This document shows, one piece after another, positions 1-14,419 of a stretch of DNA of 64,000 bases. This DNA is from Myxococcota bacterium (GTDB lineage: Bacteria > Myxococcota_A > Polyangia > Polyangiales > Houyiibacteriaceae). The DNA is taken from assembly GCA_039030515.1 (NCBI GenBank), contig JBCCEA010000020.1, positions 11,110-75,109 of the forward strand, in the 5' to 3' direction. Under the pieces are notes generated by a model. That model saw only the letters and a list, made by a program, of their open reading frames with translations, was not told the origin of the DNA and ran no database searches. Position numbers and translations under genes: made by a program. How positions within the stretch are numbered: the first letter of the stretch is position 1; the number at the start of each line of letters is the position of its first letter.

Positions 1-132
1 AAGAGATGCTCGCTCTCTTTCGTTCGAATCAAGGTGGTTCTGCAGATACAAAACTCCGTAGCGGCAGATTTTGTGTAACCAACGGGCCGCACAGCGCGTA
101 GTCCAATGCAGCACCTTCAAAAGGGGAACTAA

Positions 133-1509
133 GTGCGTAGAATAATTTTCTTTTATAGCGTTGTCTTACTGGCCACGGCGTGCGGAGATGACGACAATTC
201 CGTTTCCATGGACGGCGGCGACGGCGCCACCACGTTCACCGTAGAAATTGAAAACCTCAGCCCGGCATTTGAGTATCCCGCAAGCGGCGCTCTATCGATG
301 CCGGCCAATATGCCCAACCCGATCGCAGACGGAGAGTCCTATACCATCGAGTTTAAGGCGGCGCCGCGCTACCCAATGCAGATGGACGGCACCACGCGGT
401 TTTCCTTCGCGACCATGCTTATCTTGTCGAACGACTACTTCTTTGCACCGGCCGGCACCGGCCTGCCGCTGTTTGACGCAAACGACATGCCGATCACAGG
501 CGATCGAACTTCGCTCATCAGCATTTGGGATGCAGGAACCGAGATCGACCAGGAGCTTGGAAACGGCGCCAACCAGCCCGGGCCCGAGGGTACTCCCGGT
601 GGAGATCCCGATCCCGACAACACGGTCCGCCTGGTCGATCCGAGTGCCGACGATGACCTTCCTCCGGTAGATGAACTCATTCAGGTCGTGGTTTCCGCCG
701 AAGAAATCGATCGCGAGTGGAACTTCACCGTAACCATCACCAATATTTCGGGAGGTAGCAGCCTGGAGGGACCCTACTCCAACGGCGTCTGGGTCGTGCA
801 TCACCAGACCGACAGTGATTCCGGTCCGATCTTCACTGCAGGCATGCCAGATCGTGGTGAAGGACTCGAGGTCATCGCCGAAGACGGCGTGCCCGATCCG
901 GACATGGGCGCATCGCTTGCAGACACCCTTGAGGCAGACACGGGCCTAAGCGTGATCTTTTCGCCAGGCGTTTGGGCGGTGCACACCAGCGACAATCCAT
1001 TCTTCACGTCTGGTGAAGAAAACCGCACGGACTCGGTGGGAGACGGCCTGGAGCTCCTCGCTGAAGACGGGGCGAATTCCACGCTCGCGACCGCGATTGC
1101 CGACGAACCAGGCATTCTTAGCTCCAACACGTTTGGCGATGGCCCGACCGGGCCAGGCGGAACGGTTTCCTTTGAAGTCACGGCAGAGCCTGGAGACCGC
1201 TTTTCTCTTGTGACCATGGTGGTTCCGTCCAACGATTTTGTCTTTGCATCTCCAGACGTCATGGGATTCGAGCTTTTTACGGACGAAGCACCCCGCTCGG
1301 GCGTGATAAGTGATCTCATCTACATCTGGGATGTAGGTACGGAGATCAATCAGACGCCAGGAGTTGGCCTCGACGCGATTGTTCTGCAGGACCCGGCAGG
1401 CAACCAAGGTGCAGCAGATCCGGACAACACGGTCCGGATCATCCACGATGAGTCCCAGTTTCCAGCCGCATCGACGGTGTTCCAGGTCACGGTAACACCA
1501 GCTTCCTGA
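133..1509 (+). CDS. Spondin_N domain-containing lipoprotein (two spondin-like domains)
   Basis: GTG start after AGGGGA RBS; lipobox LATAC; two copies of the spondin-like pattern (FSFATM..SNDYF...WDAGTE and FSLVTM..SNDFV...WDVGTE) plus SPGVWAVH / GLE..AEDG motifs; very acidic. Confidence 0.85.
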   Translation: MRRIIFFYSVVLLATACGDDDNSVSMDGGDGATTFTVEIENLSPAFEYPASGALSMPANMPNPIADGESYTIEFKAAPRYPMQMDGTTRFSFATMLILSNDYFFAPAGTGLPLFDANDMPITGDRTSLISIWDAGTEIDQELGNGANQPGPEGTPGGDPDPDNTVRLVDPSADDDLPPVDELIQVVVSAEEIDREWNFTVTITNISGGSSLEGPYSNGVWVVHHQTDSDSGPIFTAGMPDRGEGLEVIAEDGVPDPDMGASLADTLEADTGLSVIFSPGVWAVHTSDNPFFTSGEENRTDSVGDGLELLAEDGANSTLATAIADEPGILSSNTFGDGPTGPGGTVSFEVTAEPGDRFSLVTMVVPSNDFVFASPDVMGFELFTDEAPRSGVISDLIYIWDVGTEINQTPGVGLDAIVLQDPAGNQGAADPDNTVRIIHDESQFPAASTVFQVTVTPAS

Positions 1510-1927
1510 TACGAACGGGCGCTAAACACAGAGAGAGCCAAGGGACGTGAACGCCAGCTTTGGAAGAGGGCGTTCACGTCATACCGATGAAGGCAAACCC
1601 AGCACCGAGGGGATGCCAGGGTACGCGGAGGGAGCTTGCGTGAGGACCGTACAAAGCTCTAGCAGACCACGCATGCCACGATTCGTGCAGAAGAGTCCAA
1701 AGCGCTTGCGAGCAGGAGGCGAGGGTCACACCGAGTGCACCTGACGCAACAATTCTGGCGAGCAGAGCCCGGAGAGATAGATCGGATCCTTCGCCAAGGT
1801 ATGTCTTAGTAGAGCCAATTCTTCCGCAATGCCATGCAAGCAACGACATCGCGCTTGCAAGCTGGGACTTCAGTTCCGTGAGTACATCAGATGGGGAACT
1901 CGGCTCTCGCTCTGGACAGCACGGAAC

Positions 1928-1959
1928 TTAGATATCTAAATCTATGATATCTAAATCTA
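1928..1959. repeat. 15-bp-period duplication of GATATCTAAATCTA overlapping the 12-bp palindrome TTAGATATCTAA
   Basis: Seen directly: units at 1931-1944 and 1946-1959, palindrome at 1928-1939, in an intergenic region. Confidence 0.7.
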
Positions 1960-2208
1960 CGCGCCCACTGTCATGTTCTTTTGGAGAGTTAATGAGTCGT
2001 ACTCCGTGAACAGATGCACACCTTTAGCAATTAGCCCCAGGCGACTGACAAGTGTGCAGCTGACCAACCATCGGACGAATAGAGAGAGTAATCGACGTTA
2101 TGGGACGCAATAACGGAACTGATGTTTACAGTGATTCAACTCACTTAAGCTGTCAACCCACGTCGCAAGGTGAACTCCGAAGGCACGGGGCGATAAAAGT
2201 ACCGGTAA

Positions 2209-2814
2209 ATGAAAATCGACACAATCGACATCTCAGATCACACGCTATCTGCGCTACGCGTTACGGAGCGGTGGATGCCCTGGGATTTGAACGGCAAACC
2301 ATCGGGAATCGACTCTAAATCGGACTGTGCGTCAGTTTTCGGCACGATGTATGGAGGGCATACGATGGAGCCCGGAGACGCGGGAATTTCGATGGAGTTG
2401 GGCTACTCCCTTCAAGACATTCCCCATCAGGCGGTCCGCGCCGAAATCGACCTCGTGATACTGGACTCCTGGGGCGCGAGCGGCTCAGGCATGTCTGCGG
2501 ACGACAGCGTCACGTTCTTCCTGCTCGGGGGATATCTAGAGGACGGGATAGCTTCTCAGGATTACCTATCAGAGGGGGTTGTCTTGGGCTCCGAATACCC
2601 AACCTTCGTGTTTCAAAAAGACAAAAGCCATGCCCACGTCTGTGGTCATTCACAATATCGAGACATCGGAGAGATAACGATCTCTGCTCGAGCGGCCCGC
2701 ACAAAGACCGCAGTCGTCACCGAAGAGCTGAGTGTTAATTTCCAGTCCGAACTAGACGAATGTGCAGCCAACGAATCCGTTGGTGTTCTTGCAGTCAGAC
2801 TCATGGTTCGCTGA
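2209..2814 (+). pseudogene. N-terminally truncated paralog of the downstream lipoprotein (C-terminal domain only)
   Basis: Aligns along its length with the C-terminal ~200 aa of 2954..3862 (SALR.TE.W, GIS.ELGY.LQ..PHQ, NES.GV.AVRLMVR); no signal peptide; TAA at 2206-2208 lies where the paralog has the Trp of YGGW. Confidence 0.6.
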
Positions 2815-2953
2815 TACGACAAAAACAGTCTGTAACTCGAGCGCCCAACAATAGCGTGTGCTAGCTTAATCGCATTCTCTTCCCCAATTTAGACACGTCT
2901 AGTCGTTAAGAGAGGAATCGGCAGCCAGGAGAACCTATGCCCTGGCAAAGCAG

Positions 2954-3862
2954 ATGGAGTCTATAATGAACATAAATTCTTTGCCCTACGACGCATCAGT
3001 TCGACGGGGAACACTCATCCTTACGCTGATGGCCGCCACGGCTTGCGCTGACGATACCTCCACTACAGTTGACGCCTCCACTACAGTTGACGCCTCCTTC
3101 TCCACAACTCCATCCAGCTGTCAGCAAATTTTCGATGAGAATCCCAATGCGAGCGATGGGTCTTATGTGGTGGATCCAGGCACTGGCGACGAAACTTGGA
3201 ATTGCGTTTTCTTCAGCGATCAGAGCGACCCTGACTACGGTGGGTGGCGGCTGCTCGATGTGCTCGATGTATCGGCGTACGAGACGTCTGCACTGCGCAC
3301 TACGGAGCAATGGGCGCCCCGAGCTTGGGGCAGCACTCCATCGGGAGTTGACGAAGCATCAGACTGTGCGCTCCTTTACGGACCGATGTACGGCGGACCC
3401 ACCTGGGACCCCGGAGCAGATGGAATTTCTGTAGAGCTGGGATACGCCCTCCAAAACACTCCCCATCAAGAAGTTCGCGGCGAAATTGAACTCGCAATAT
3501 TGGATTCCTGGGACAGTCTCAGTGCCCCCGTTCCGGATACCGTAACTTTCTTTGTATTTGGTGGGTATCTCACGGACCCTCCGGTCGCTTCCGTGGACTA
3601 CATATCAGAGGGAGTCATACTGGGCTCCAGCGGGGACACCACCGCATTCCCTGTTTTTTCCTTTCAGCGAACGGACGAGGACGAGAACCTTTGCGGCGGA
3701 GTCTTTCGAGACATCGGTCGTCAAACACTCGTCGCCCGAGCCAACCGGACCGAGACCAAAGTGCTCACCGAAGACCTCACCGTGAACTTCCGCGCCAGTT
3801 TGGATGAACCCTCCGAAAACGAATCCATTGGTGTTGTTGCAGTCAGACTCATGGTTCGCTGA
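2954..3862 (+). CDS. Putative lipoprotein with fibrinogen-like (SC...DG.Y...C...GGW) N-terminal module and uncharacterised C-terminal domain
   Basis: Hydrophobic leader ending ATAC; SCQQIFDENPNASDGSYVVDP...WNC...YGGWRLL resembles the fibrinogen-like YCDxxxxGGGW module. Confidence 0.7.
   Translation: MESIMNINSLPYDASVRRGTLILTLMAATACADDTSTTVDASTTVDASFSTTPSSCQQIFDENPNASDGSYVVDPGTGDETWNCVFFSDQSDPDYGGWRLLDVLDVSAYETSALRTTEQWAPRAWGSTPSGVDEASDCALLYGPMYGGPTWDPGADGISVELGYALQNTPHQEVRGEIELAILDSWDSLSAPVPDTVTFFVFGGYLTDPPVASVDYISEGVILGSSGDTTAFPVFSFQRTDEDENLCGGVFRDIGRQTLVARANRTETKVLTEDLTVNFRASLDEPSENESIGVVAVRLMVR
3057..3097 (+). repeat. 18-bp in-frame tandem duplication (STTVDA x2)
   Basis: CCTCCACTACAGTTGACG occurs twice exactly. 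Confidence 0.9.
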
Positions 3863-4018
3863 TCAGAAGTATGAGTGGATCACTGCACGCCCTGAGTGGA
3901 TCGATCTTGATTGGCAACGGGTCTCCTGAACCCTAATCGCTTGCTCGATTGCTGCTTCGTGAGTAATACCCCGCGCAGTCTTCCGCGGGCACGCGGTAGG
4001 AATGAAAAGGTTTAGGGA

Positions 4019-6106
<2,088 letters not shown>

Positions 6107-6172
6107 GGTTCGTCATGCACGAAGAGATGCTCGACGCCTCGTGGTGAACCGAGACAAGGAGACAAGATTGCG

Positions 6173-6541
6173 ATGAACGCTCTAGAGGTAGGTAAGAAGC
6201 TCATCGAACTATGGAATGCGGGGCGCACTCTTGAAGCGCTCAACACGTTCTATGCTGACGACGTGGAAAGTATCGAAGCTGTGGACCCACCAGAATCAGA
6301 ACGCGTGCAAAAAGGAATCGAGGCCGTGCGCGCAAAGAACATCTGGTGGTACGAGCATCATGAGGTGCATTCATTCAAGGCCGAAGGTCCCTACCCTCAT
6401 GGAGAGGACCGGTTCGCGGTCCGGTTCATCGGAGACGTGACCTACAAGGCGACCCAGCACAGGATGAGCTTTGACGAAATCGGTGTGTACACGCTTTCGT
6501 CCGGCAAGGTAGTTCGGGAAGAGTTTTTCTACCAGATGTAG
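6173..6541 (+). CDS. SnoaL-like / NTF2-family protein
   Basis: 122 aa; YADDVESIEA...G.EAVRAKN.WW...F.GDVT.K...E.GVY....GKVVREEFFY pattern. Confidence 0.85.
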   Translation: MNALEVGKKLIELWNAGRTLEALNTFYADDVESIEAVDPPESERVQKGIEAVRAKNIWWYEHHEVHSFKAEGPYPHGEDRFAVRFIGDVTYKATQHRMSFDEIGVYTLSSGKVVREEFFYQM

Positions 6542-6606
6542 GCGCAACCGCTCGGCTCACGATGCCTAGCCCAGCACCTGAGTTGGAAGCGCCTCGCCTC
6601 TGCTCT

Positions 6607-6674
6607 CTCGCTCAACACACCACCTCGCTCAACACACCACCTCGCTCAGCACACCACCTCGCTCAATACACCAC
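6607..6674. repeat. Intergenic minisatellite, 4 x 17 bp (CTCGCTCAACACACCAC)
   Basis: Units at 6607, 6624, 6641 and 6658 with at most one substitution each; no spacers. Confidence 0.92.
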
Positions 6675-6860
6675 ACTGTGCTTTGAAACGCTCTTGCGAG
6701 AAATCCGCTCCTTCATGACATCCCGCGACCTCATCGAATCAAAATCATTCCGGCCTCTGATGCCGCCTCCGAACGGTGCGCAAATCCGACGTGCACAACG
6801 CGTATGCGTTCAAGGATTCGCGGTTGAGTTTTGCGTTCACGCGCTCGCAGAGCGCACCCG

Positions 6861-7694
6861 ATGATCCGTATCGCCGTCCACGGAGCTTCTGGACGTATGG
6901 GACGGGAGGTGCTTCGCCTCGTGCTTGCAGACCCTATCGTTTCCTTGGTTGCTGCCTTCGATCGCGACGAAAGCGACCAGATAGGAAGCGACGCAGCAGC
7001 GCTGTGCGGCGAGGCCCCTTGCGGCGTCGAAATCCTCAGCTTGAGCGATCGGGAAGCGATCGAGCAGCGGCTTGCAGAAACGGATGTCGTCGTCGATTTC
7101 TCACTGCCCAATGCCCTGATGAAGCTGTGTACCTGGTGCGAAGAGCAGCGCGTGCCGCTCGTGACAGGGACCACCGGCCTGAGCCAAGCGCAGGACGAGC
7201 GGCTCAGTGAATTGGCCCAGGCGGTGCCTTTGGTGCACGCGCCAAACTTCAGCCAGGGTGTGGGCGCACTCCTTGAGCTCGCCAAGCAGGCGATCGGACT
7301 GCTCGATGAGGAGTTCGATCTCGAAATTGTCGAGATGCATCACCGCAAAAAGGTCGACGCTCCGAGTGGAACCGCTAGGAAACTCGCAGAGGTCTCCGCC
7401 GACGCAAAAGGGTGGCCACACACGACCATCCGCGAGACGCGGTCCGGGACGATTGGACCCCGCGAGGATGAAGAGATCGGAGTAATGACCCTTCGGGGAG
7501 GAGACGTTGTCGGCGAGCACACGCTCATTCTCTCAGGCGCAGGAGAGCGGCTCGAGCTCACCCATCGCGCGACCGATCGATCTATTTTTGCGCGCGGAGC
7601 CGTTCGCGCAGCAAAGTGGCTCGTGGGTCGTCCTGCACGGCGATACTCGATGCAGGATGTCATCCGCGCTGCCGGCCAAGAGCAGACGTCCTAA
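6861..7694 (+). CDS. dapB: 4-hydroxy-tetrahydrodipicolinate reductase
   Basis: GASGRMG, VDFS, GTTG, APNFS.G, EMHHRKKVDAPSGTA, RGGDVVGEH motifs; ATG at 6861. Confidence 0.96.
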   Translation: MIRIAVHGASGRMGREVLRLVLADPIVSLVAAFDRDESDQIGSDAAALCGEAPCGVEILSLSDREAIEQRLAETDVVVDFSLPNALMKLCTWCEEQRVPLVTGTTGLSQAQDERLSELAQAVPLVHAPNFSQGVGALLELAKQAIGLLDEEFDLEIVEMHHRKKVDAPSGTARKLAEVSADAKGWPHTTIRETRSGTIGPREDEEIGVMTLRGGDVVGEHTLILSGAGERLELTHRATDRSIFARGAVRAAKWLVGRPARRYSMQDVIRAAGQEQTS

Positions 7695-7850
7695 GGCTCG
7701 CGGCCAGGTTGCCTGACGGTGCATTCAAGCCGTGCGGCCCTACCGAAACCTTCTCATCGATTAAGCATCGCCATGCGCGAAACCCAAATCGCACTCGGCC
7801 CTCCCCTGCTCCTCCGGCAGGCCGTTCGAACTTTGCTATAGCCAGGATTG

Positions 7851-10937
<3,087 letters not shown>

Positions 10938-10966
10938 CGATGCTGGGTCCGCTTCAAGGGTCTGCG

Positions 10967-11926
10967 CTAATAGTGCCAGGGAAACGGTGAGAAGTTCTTG
11001 GGACGCTTTTCCAGAAAAGCATCGCGACCTTCCTGGGCCTCCTCGGTCGCGTAGGCAAGCCGGGTCGCCTCTCCGGCAAAAAGCTGCTGCCCAACAAGCC
11101 CGTCATCGATCATATTGAATGCATATTTCAGCATCCGGATGGCCGTGGGGCTCTTTTCGTTGATCTTGCGTGCCCAGTCCAAGGCGCAACTCTCGAGCAC
11201 CTCGTGATCGACCACCGTGTTGACCATACCCATGGCCGCCGCGTCCTCGGCGCTGTAGTTGTCTCCGATGAAGAAGATCTCTCGAGCTTTCTTTTGGCCC
11301 ACCTGTCGCGCCAGAAGAGCGGAACCGTAGCCACCATCGAAACTGGCCACATCTGGATCGGTTTGCTTGAAGCGAGCATGCTGCCGACTGGCGATGGTCA
11401 AATCGCAGACAACGTGCAAACTGTGCCCACCGCCGACAGCCCAACCGGGAACCACTGCGATCACGACCTTGGGCATAAAGCGAATCTGACGCTGGACTTC
11501 CAAGATGTGCAGGCGACCCAATCGCGCCCGGTCTACCGGGTGTCTCGCGTTCTCTCGGTCGCTCGCGTTCTCTCGATCGCCTGCGCACTCCTGCTGCGCG
11601 TCGTGCTCCTGCTGCGCGTCGTACTTGTAGCCGTCTTTGCCGCGAATCCGTTGATCTCCTCCCGCGCAGAACGCCCAACCCCCGTCTTTCTGCGAGGGAC
11701 CGTTTCCGGTAAGGAGCACACAGCCCACATCGCTGCTGAGGCGCGCGTGCTCGAGTGCCTGCTGGAGTTCATCGACGGTATGGGGTCGAAACGCGTTGCG
11801 CACCTCTGCACGATCGAATGCGATCCGGACGGTGCCGTCGTCTTTCGCTCGATGGTAGGTGATGTCTGTGAACGAGAAACCTTCAACGAGGCGCCATCTC
11901 TGAGAATCGAAAAGTTCGGAAACCAT
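10967..11926 (-). CDS. menB: 1,4-dihydroxy-2-naphthoyl-CoA synthase
   Basis: RNAFRP, AFCAGGDQ, GWAVGGGHSLH, SFDGGYGS, EGRDAFLEKR; ATG at 11926 with GGGGAGG RBS. Confidence 0.95.
   Translation of the reverse strand: MVSELFDSQRWRLVEGFSFTDITYHRAKDDGTVRIAFDRAEVRNAFRPHTVDELQQALEHARLSSDVGCVLLTGNGPSQKDGGWAFCAGGDQRIRGKDGYKYDAQQEHDAQQECAGDRENASDRENARHPVDRARLGRLHILEVQRQIRFMPKVVIAVVPGWAVGGGHSLHVVCDLTIASRQHARFKQTDPDVASFDGGYGSALLARQVGQKKAREIFFIGDNYSAEDAAAMGMVNTVVDHEVLESCALDWARKINEKSPTAIRMLKYAFNMIDDGLVGQQLFAGEATRLAYATEEAQEGRDAFLEKRPKNFSPFPWHY
11544..11623. repeat. Two adjacent 18-bp tandem duplications inside menB (DAQQEH/DAQQEC and DRENAS/DRENAR)
   Basis: CTCGCGTTCTCTCG(G/A)TCG x2 at 11544-11579; CTCCTGCTGCGCGTCGT(G/A) x2 at 11588-11623. 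Confidence 0.9.
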
Positions 11927-12085
11927 AGCCTCCCCTGCGATGAAATTCTTGGTAGCCCAAAACACCACTATCGCAAGCAGGTCTAGGACTCTCGCTGAGC
12001 CAAACGCGCTGTGACGCGACTCCTGCAGCAAGTCCTCCATAAAAGAACCCCAGGGAAGCCAGCACCTCCGTTCCCGCCCAACGAA

Positions 12086-13288
12086 CTACTGATCGGGGAT
12101 GCCGGAAAGCGTGATGGGCAGCGTGACCTTTTCGCCATCGCGCACGACCTGCACCGAAACGGTGTCCCCTGAATGACGGGACTCCAAGATGCGAAACACG
12201 TCGTCAGAGTGTCCGACCGACTCCCCCTCGACCGAAACGATCACGTCGCCAACCACGAGAGAGCCCGACTGCCGATCGATCTTGGCTGCCCGCAGACCCG
12301 CCTGCTCCGCCCCGGAGCCTGGAGTCACCCCTAAGACCATCACCCCCTCCAATCCGATACGCTGCGCAAGCCGACCCTCGTCGACATCGACCCCGAGCAC
12401 CGGTCGGGTGACGCGTCCTTGAGCAACGAGCTGAGGCACGACCCGGCGTACCGCGTCTACCGGCACCGCAAACCCGACTCCTGCGGACGCACCGGAGGGG
12501 CTGTAAATCTGGGTGTTGACGCCGATAAGGCGCCCCGCACTATCGAGCAGTGGACCGCCAGAGTTGCCCGGGTTGATGGCCGCGTCGGTTTGGATCGCGC
12601 CCTGTATCGGTCGGCCTCCAACGGAGGGAATCTCCCGTCCGACCGCACTGACAACGCCGGTGGAAAGGGTGTGATCGAGCCCAAAGGGATTGCCGATCGC
12701 ATAGACCCGCTGCCCGACGACCAAATCTGCAGAGGTCCCGATCGTCAGCGGCACAAGCTGCTCTGCGCGTGCATCGATCTTGAGCACGGCGAGATCCTTA
12801 TCGTCATAGTACCCGACCAGTCGCGCATCCCACACCGTCCCGTCCGCGAGCGCGACCCGAGCGGCATTCCCTCCTCGGACTACATGGTAGTTGGTCACGA
12901 TATGTCCCTTTTCGTCCCAGACGAACCCGGTGCCGGTACCGCGAGGAACCGCGGTGACGTTGCGCCTGAAGAGATCCTGACGCATCGCGAGGGTGGTGAT
13001 GTGAACCACCGAGGGATAGGCCCCACGAAAGACCTCGATCGTATTCTGCTCAAGCTCGGAAAGGTCGCCACGAGGGGCTACCGGACGAGGCGTCGGGCGA
13101 GACGAGGAACGAACTGCACTCCGGTCTCGAGTTGCGCCTCCGGTGAGGAACGAATCGGTGGCGGCTTGATGCTGCAGCGCATAGACGCCGCCCCAAAACC
13201 CGGCCGCCGCGCCGAAGATCGCCGCAAAGACAAGCAGCAAAAACACGGCAAAACCTGAGGAAATCGTGGATGGATTTTGCTTCGACAC
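12086..13288 (-). CDS. HtrA/DegP-family trypsin-like serine protease with one PDZ domain
   Basis: N-terminal TM helix; TNYHV, DLAVLKI, GNPFGL, QTDAAINPGNSGGPL; C-terminal PDZ. Confidence 0.93.
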   Translation of the reverse strand: MSKQNPSTISSGFAVFLLLVFAAIFGAAAGFWGGVYALQHQAATDSFLTGGATRDRSAVRSSSRPTPRPVAPRGDLSELEQNTIEVFRGAYPSVVHITTLAMRQDLFRRNVTAVPRGTGTGFVWDEKGHIVTNYHVVRGGNAARVALADGTVWDARLVGYYDDKDLAVLKIDARAEQLVPLTIGTSADLVVGQRVYAIGNPFGLDHTLSTGVVSAVGREIPSVGGRPIQGAIQTDAAINPGNSGGPLLDSAGRLIGVNTQIYSPSGASAGVGFAVPVDAVRRVVPQLVAQGRVTRPVLGVDVDEGRLAQRIGLEGVMVLGVTPGSGAEQAGLRAAKIDRQSGSLVVGDVIVSVEGESVGHSDDVFRILESRHSGDTVSVQVVRDGEKVTLPITLSGIPDQ

Positions 13289-13413
13289 GATACGTACGGT
13301 AGCAGATTCTTCGGCAGCATTTGGCAGATCAGCTCGATTCTGGACGACCTCGATTCGAGGTGGCCGCGCACGAAACCGGCCATGGGAATAGGGCTCAGTT
13401 GAGGCAGATCCGG

Positions 13414-14379
13414 TCAGGGCGAATAGATGGCAGCGTGGGTGGCCTCCGCAGCTTCCAAAATTCGAAGCCCGGGATCGCTGAGCAGCGCCGCTTCTACTCC
13501 GCGCACCTGGCCCTGCTGGCAGGCCTTCAGTTCAGAAAAGCCGACATGCCGACAAAGCGCCGTCTCACGACCCGTTTGGGTGACGAGCCACGGCGGATCC
13601 AGCACCAGCAGCTGCTCGGCAGTAAACGTCGGCCATCCGGAAAAGCCCGCTTCGGCGGCAACATCCCTCAGCCCGGCAAAACGCAGCACGTCCGCATAGC
13701 TGGTGCCCGCTGTTCCTCCGTAAAGGCGATCTCCGTGGACGCCCACATAGAGTGCCCGTCGACGTTCAGACTCCTCGACATGATCAGCCACTCGGCCGAG
13801 TCGCTCGCGAAACCGGCGGCTTAGTGACTCTGCCCGCGCGGAGACACCGGTCAGTCGACCGATCTGCTCGATGTTTTCGATCAGCGTGCGCACTCCATGC
13901 ATCGGACCGAGATCGAAGACGTTGAGTCCAGCCCCCCTGAGTCGCGCCACCCGTCTCGGGTCGGCAAGGTTGCTCACAAAAACAAGATCGGGCCTAAGCG
14001 CGATGAGCTGTTCCAAGTCTTCCAGACGGGCGATGACTGGATGACCTCGATAGCGGAATGCGTCCGGGGCATCCCGAGCGCTCCGGGCACTGAACGCCAC
14101 AATTCGAGTGGGCTCGACGAGCTCTAAGAGCACCTGGTCGGCGATCGTGGTCGCGCTCGCGATTCGCCGGTAGGTTTTCGGCTGAACCGAGGCGCCTCGA
14201 GCGTCACGAAGGGGTGGCCCGAAGGTGCTGGAGGATGCCGGCTCAGTAGCAGTCGAAGCGGCACTAGAAATCGAACCGTCCAAGCGGATCACCGATGGAC
14301 CGCCGGGCACTGCAAAAGCAAGCCACATGCCTGTGCCAAGCGCGAGCACAACTCCAACCAGATTGAGCGCATGGGTCAT
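13414..14379 (-). CDS. ABC transporter substrate-binding protein, BtuF/Fe-siderophore (helical backbone) type
   Basis: RIAS...DQVLLEL, LEQLIALRPDLV, EQLLVLDP, PGLR..EA motifs; last gene of the permease-ATPase-SBP set. Confidence 0.85.
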   Translation of the reverse strand: MTHALNLVGVVLALGTGMWLAFAVPGGPSVIRLDGSISSAASTATEPASSSTFGPPLRDARGASVQPKTYRRIASATTIADQVLLELVEPTRIVAFSARSARDAPDAFRYRGHPVIARLEDLEQLIALRPDLVFVSNLADPRRVARLRGAGLNVFDLGPMHGVRTLIENIEQIGRLTGVSARAESLSRRFRERLGRVADHVEESERRRALYVGVHGDRLYGGTAGTSYADVLRFAGLRDVAAEAGFSGWPTFTAEQLLVLDPPWLVTQTGRETALCRHVGFSELKACQQGQVRGVEAALLSDPGLRILEAAEATHAAIYSP

Positions 14380-14419
14380 CTTAAATTCGCATTCCTCGTG
14401 TCAAAATCAGCGCGGCATC

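Noticed and set aside
2770..3862. Diversity-generating retroelement TR/VR pair
   Set aside because: The shared tail is only 45 nt, one of the two differences is C/G rather than adenine-specific, and there is no reverse transcriptase in the window
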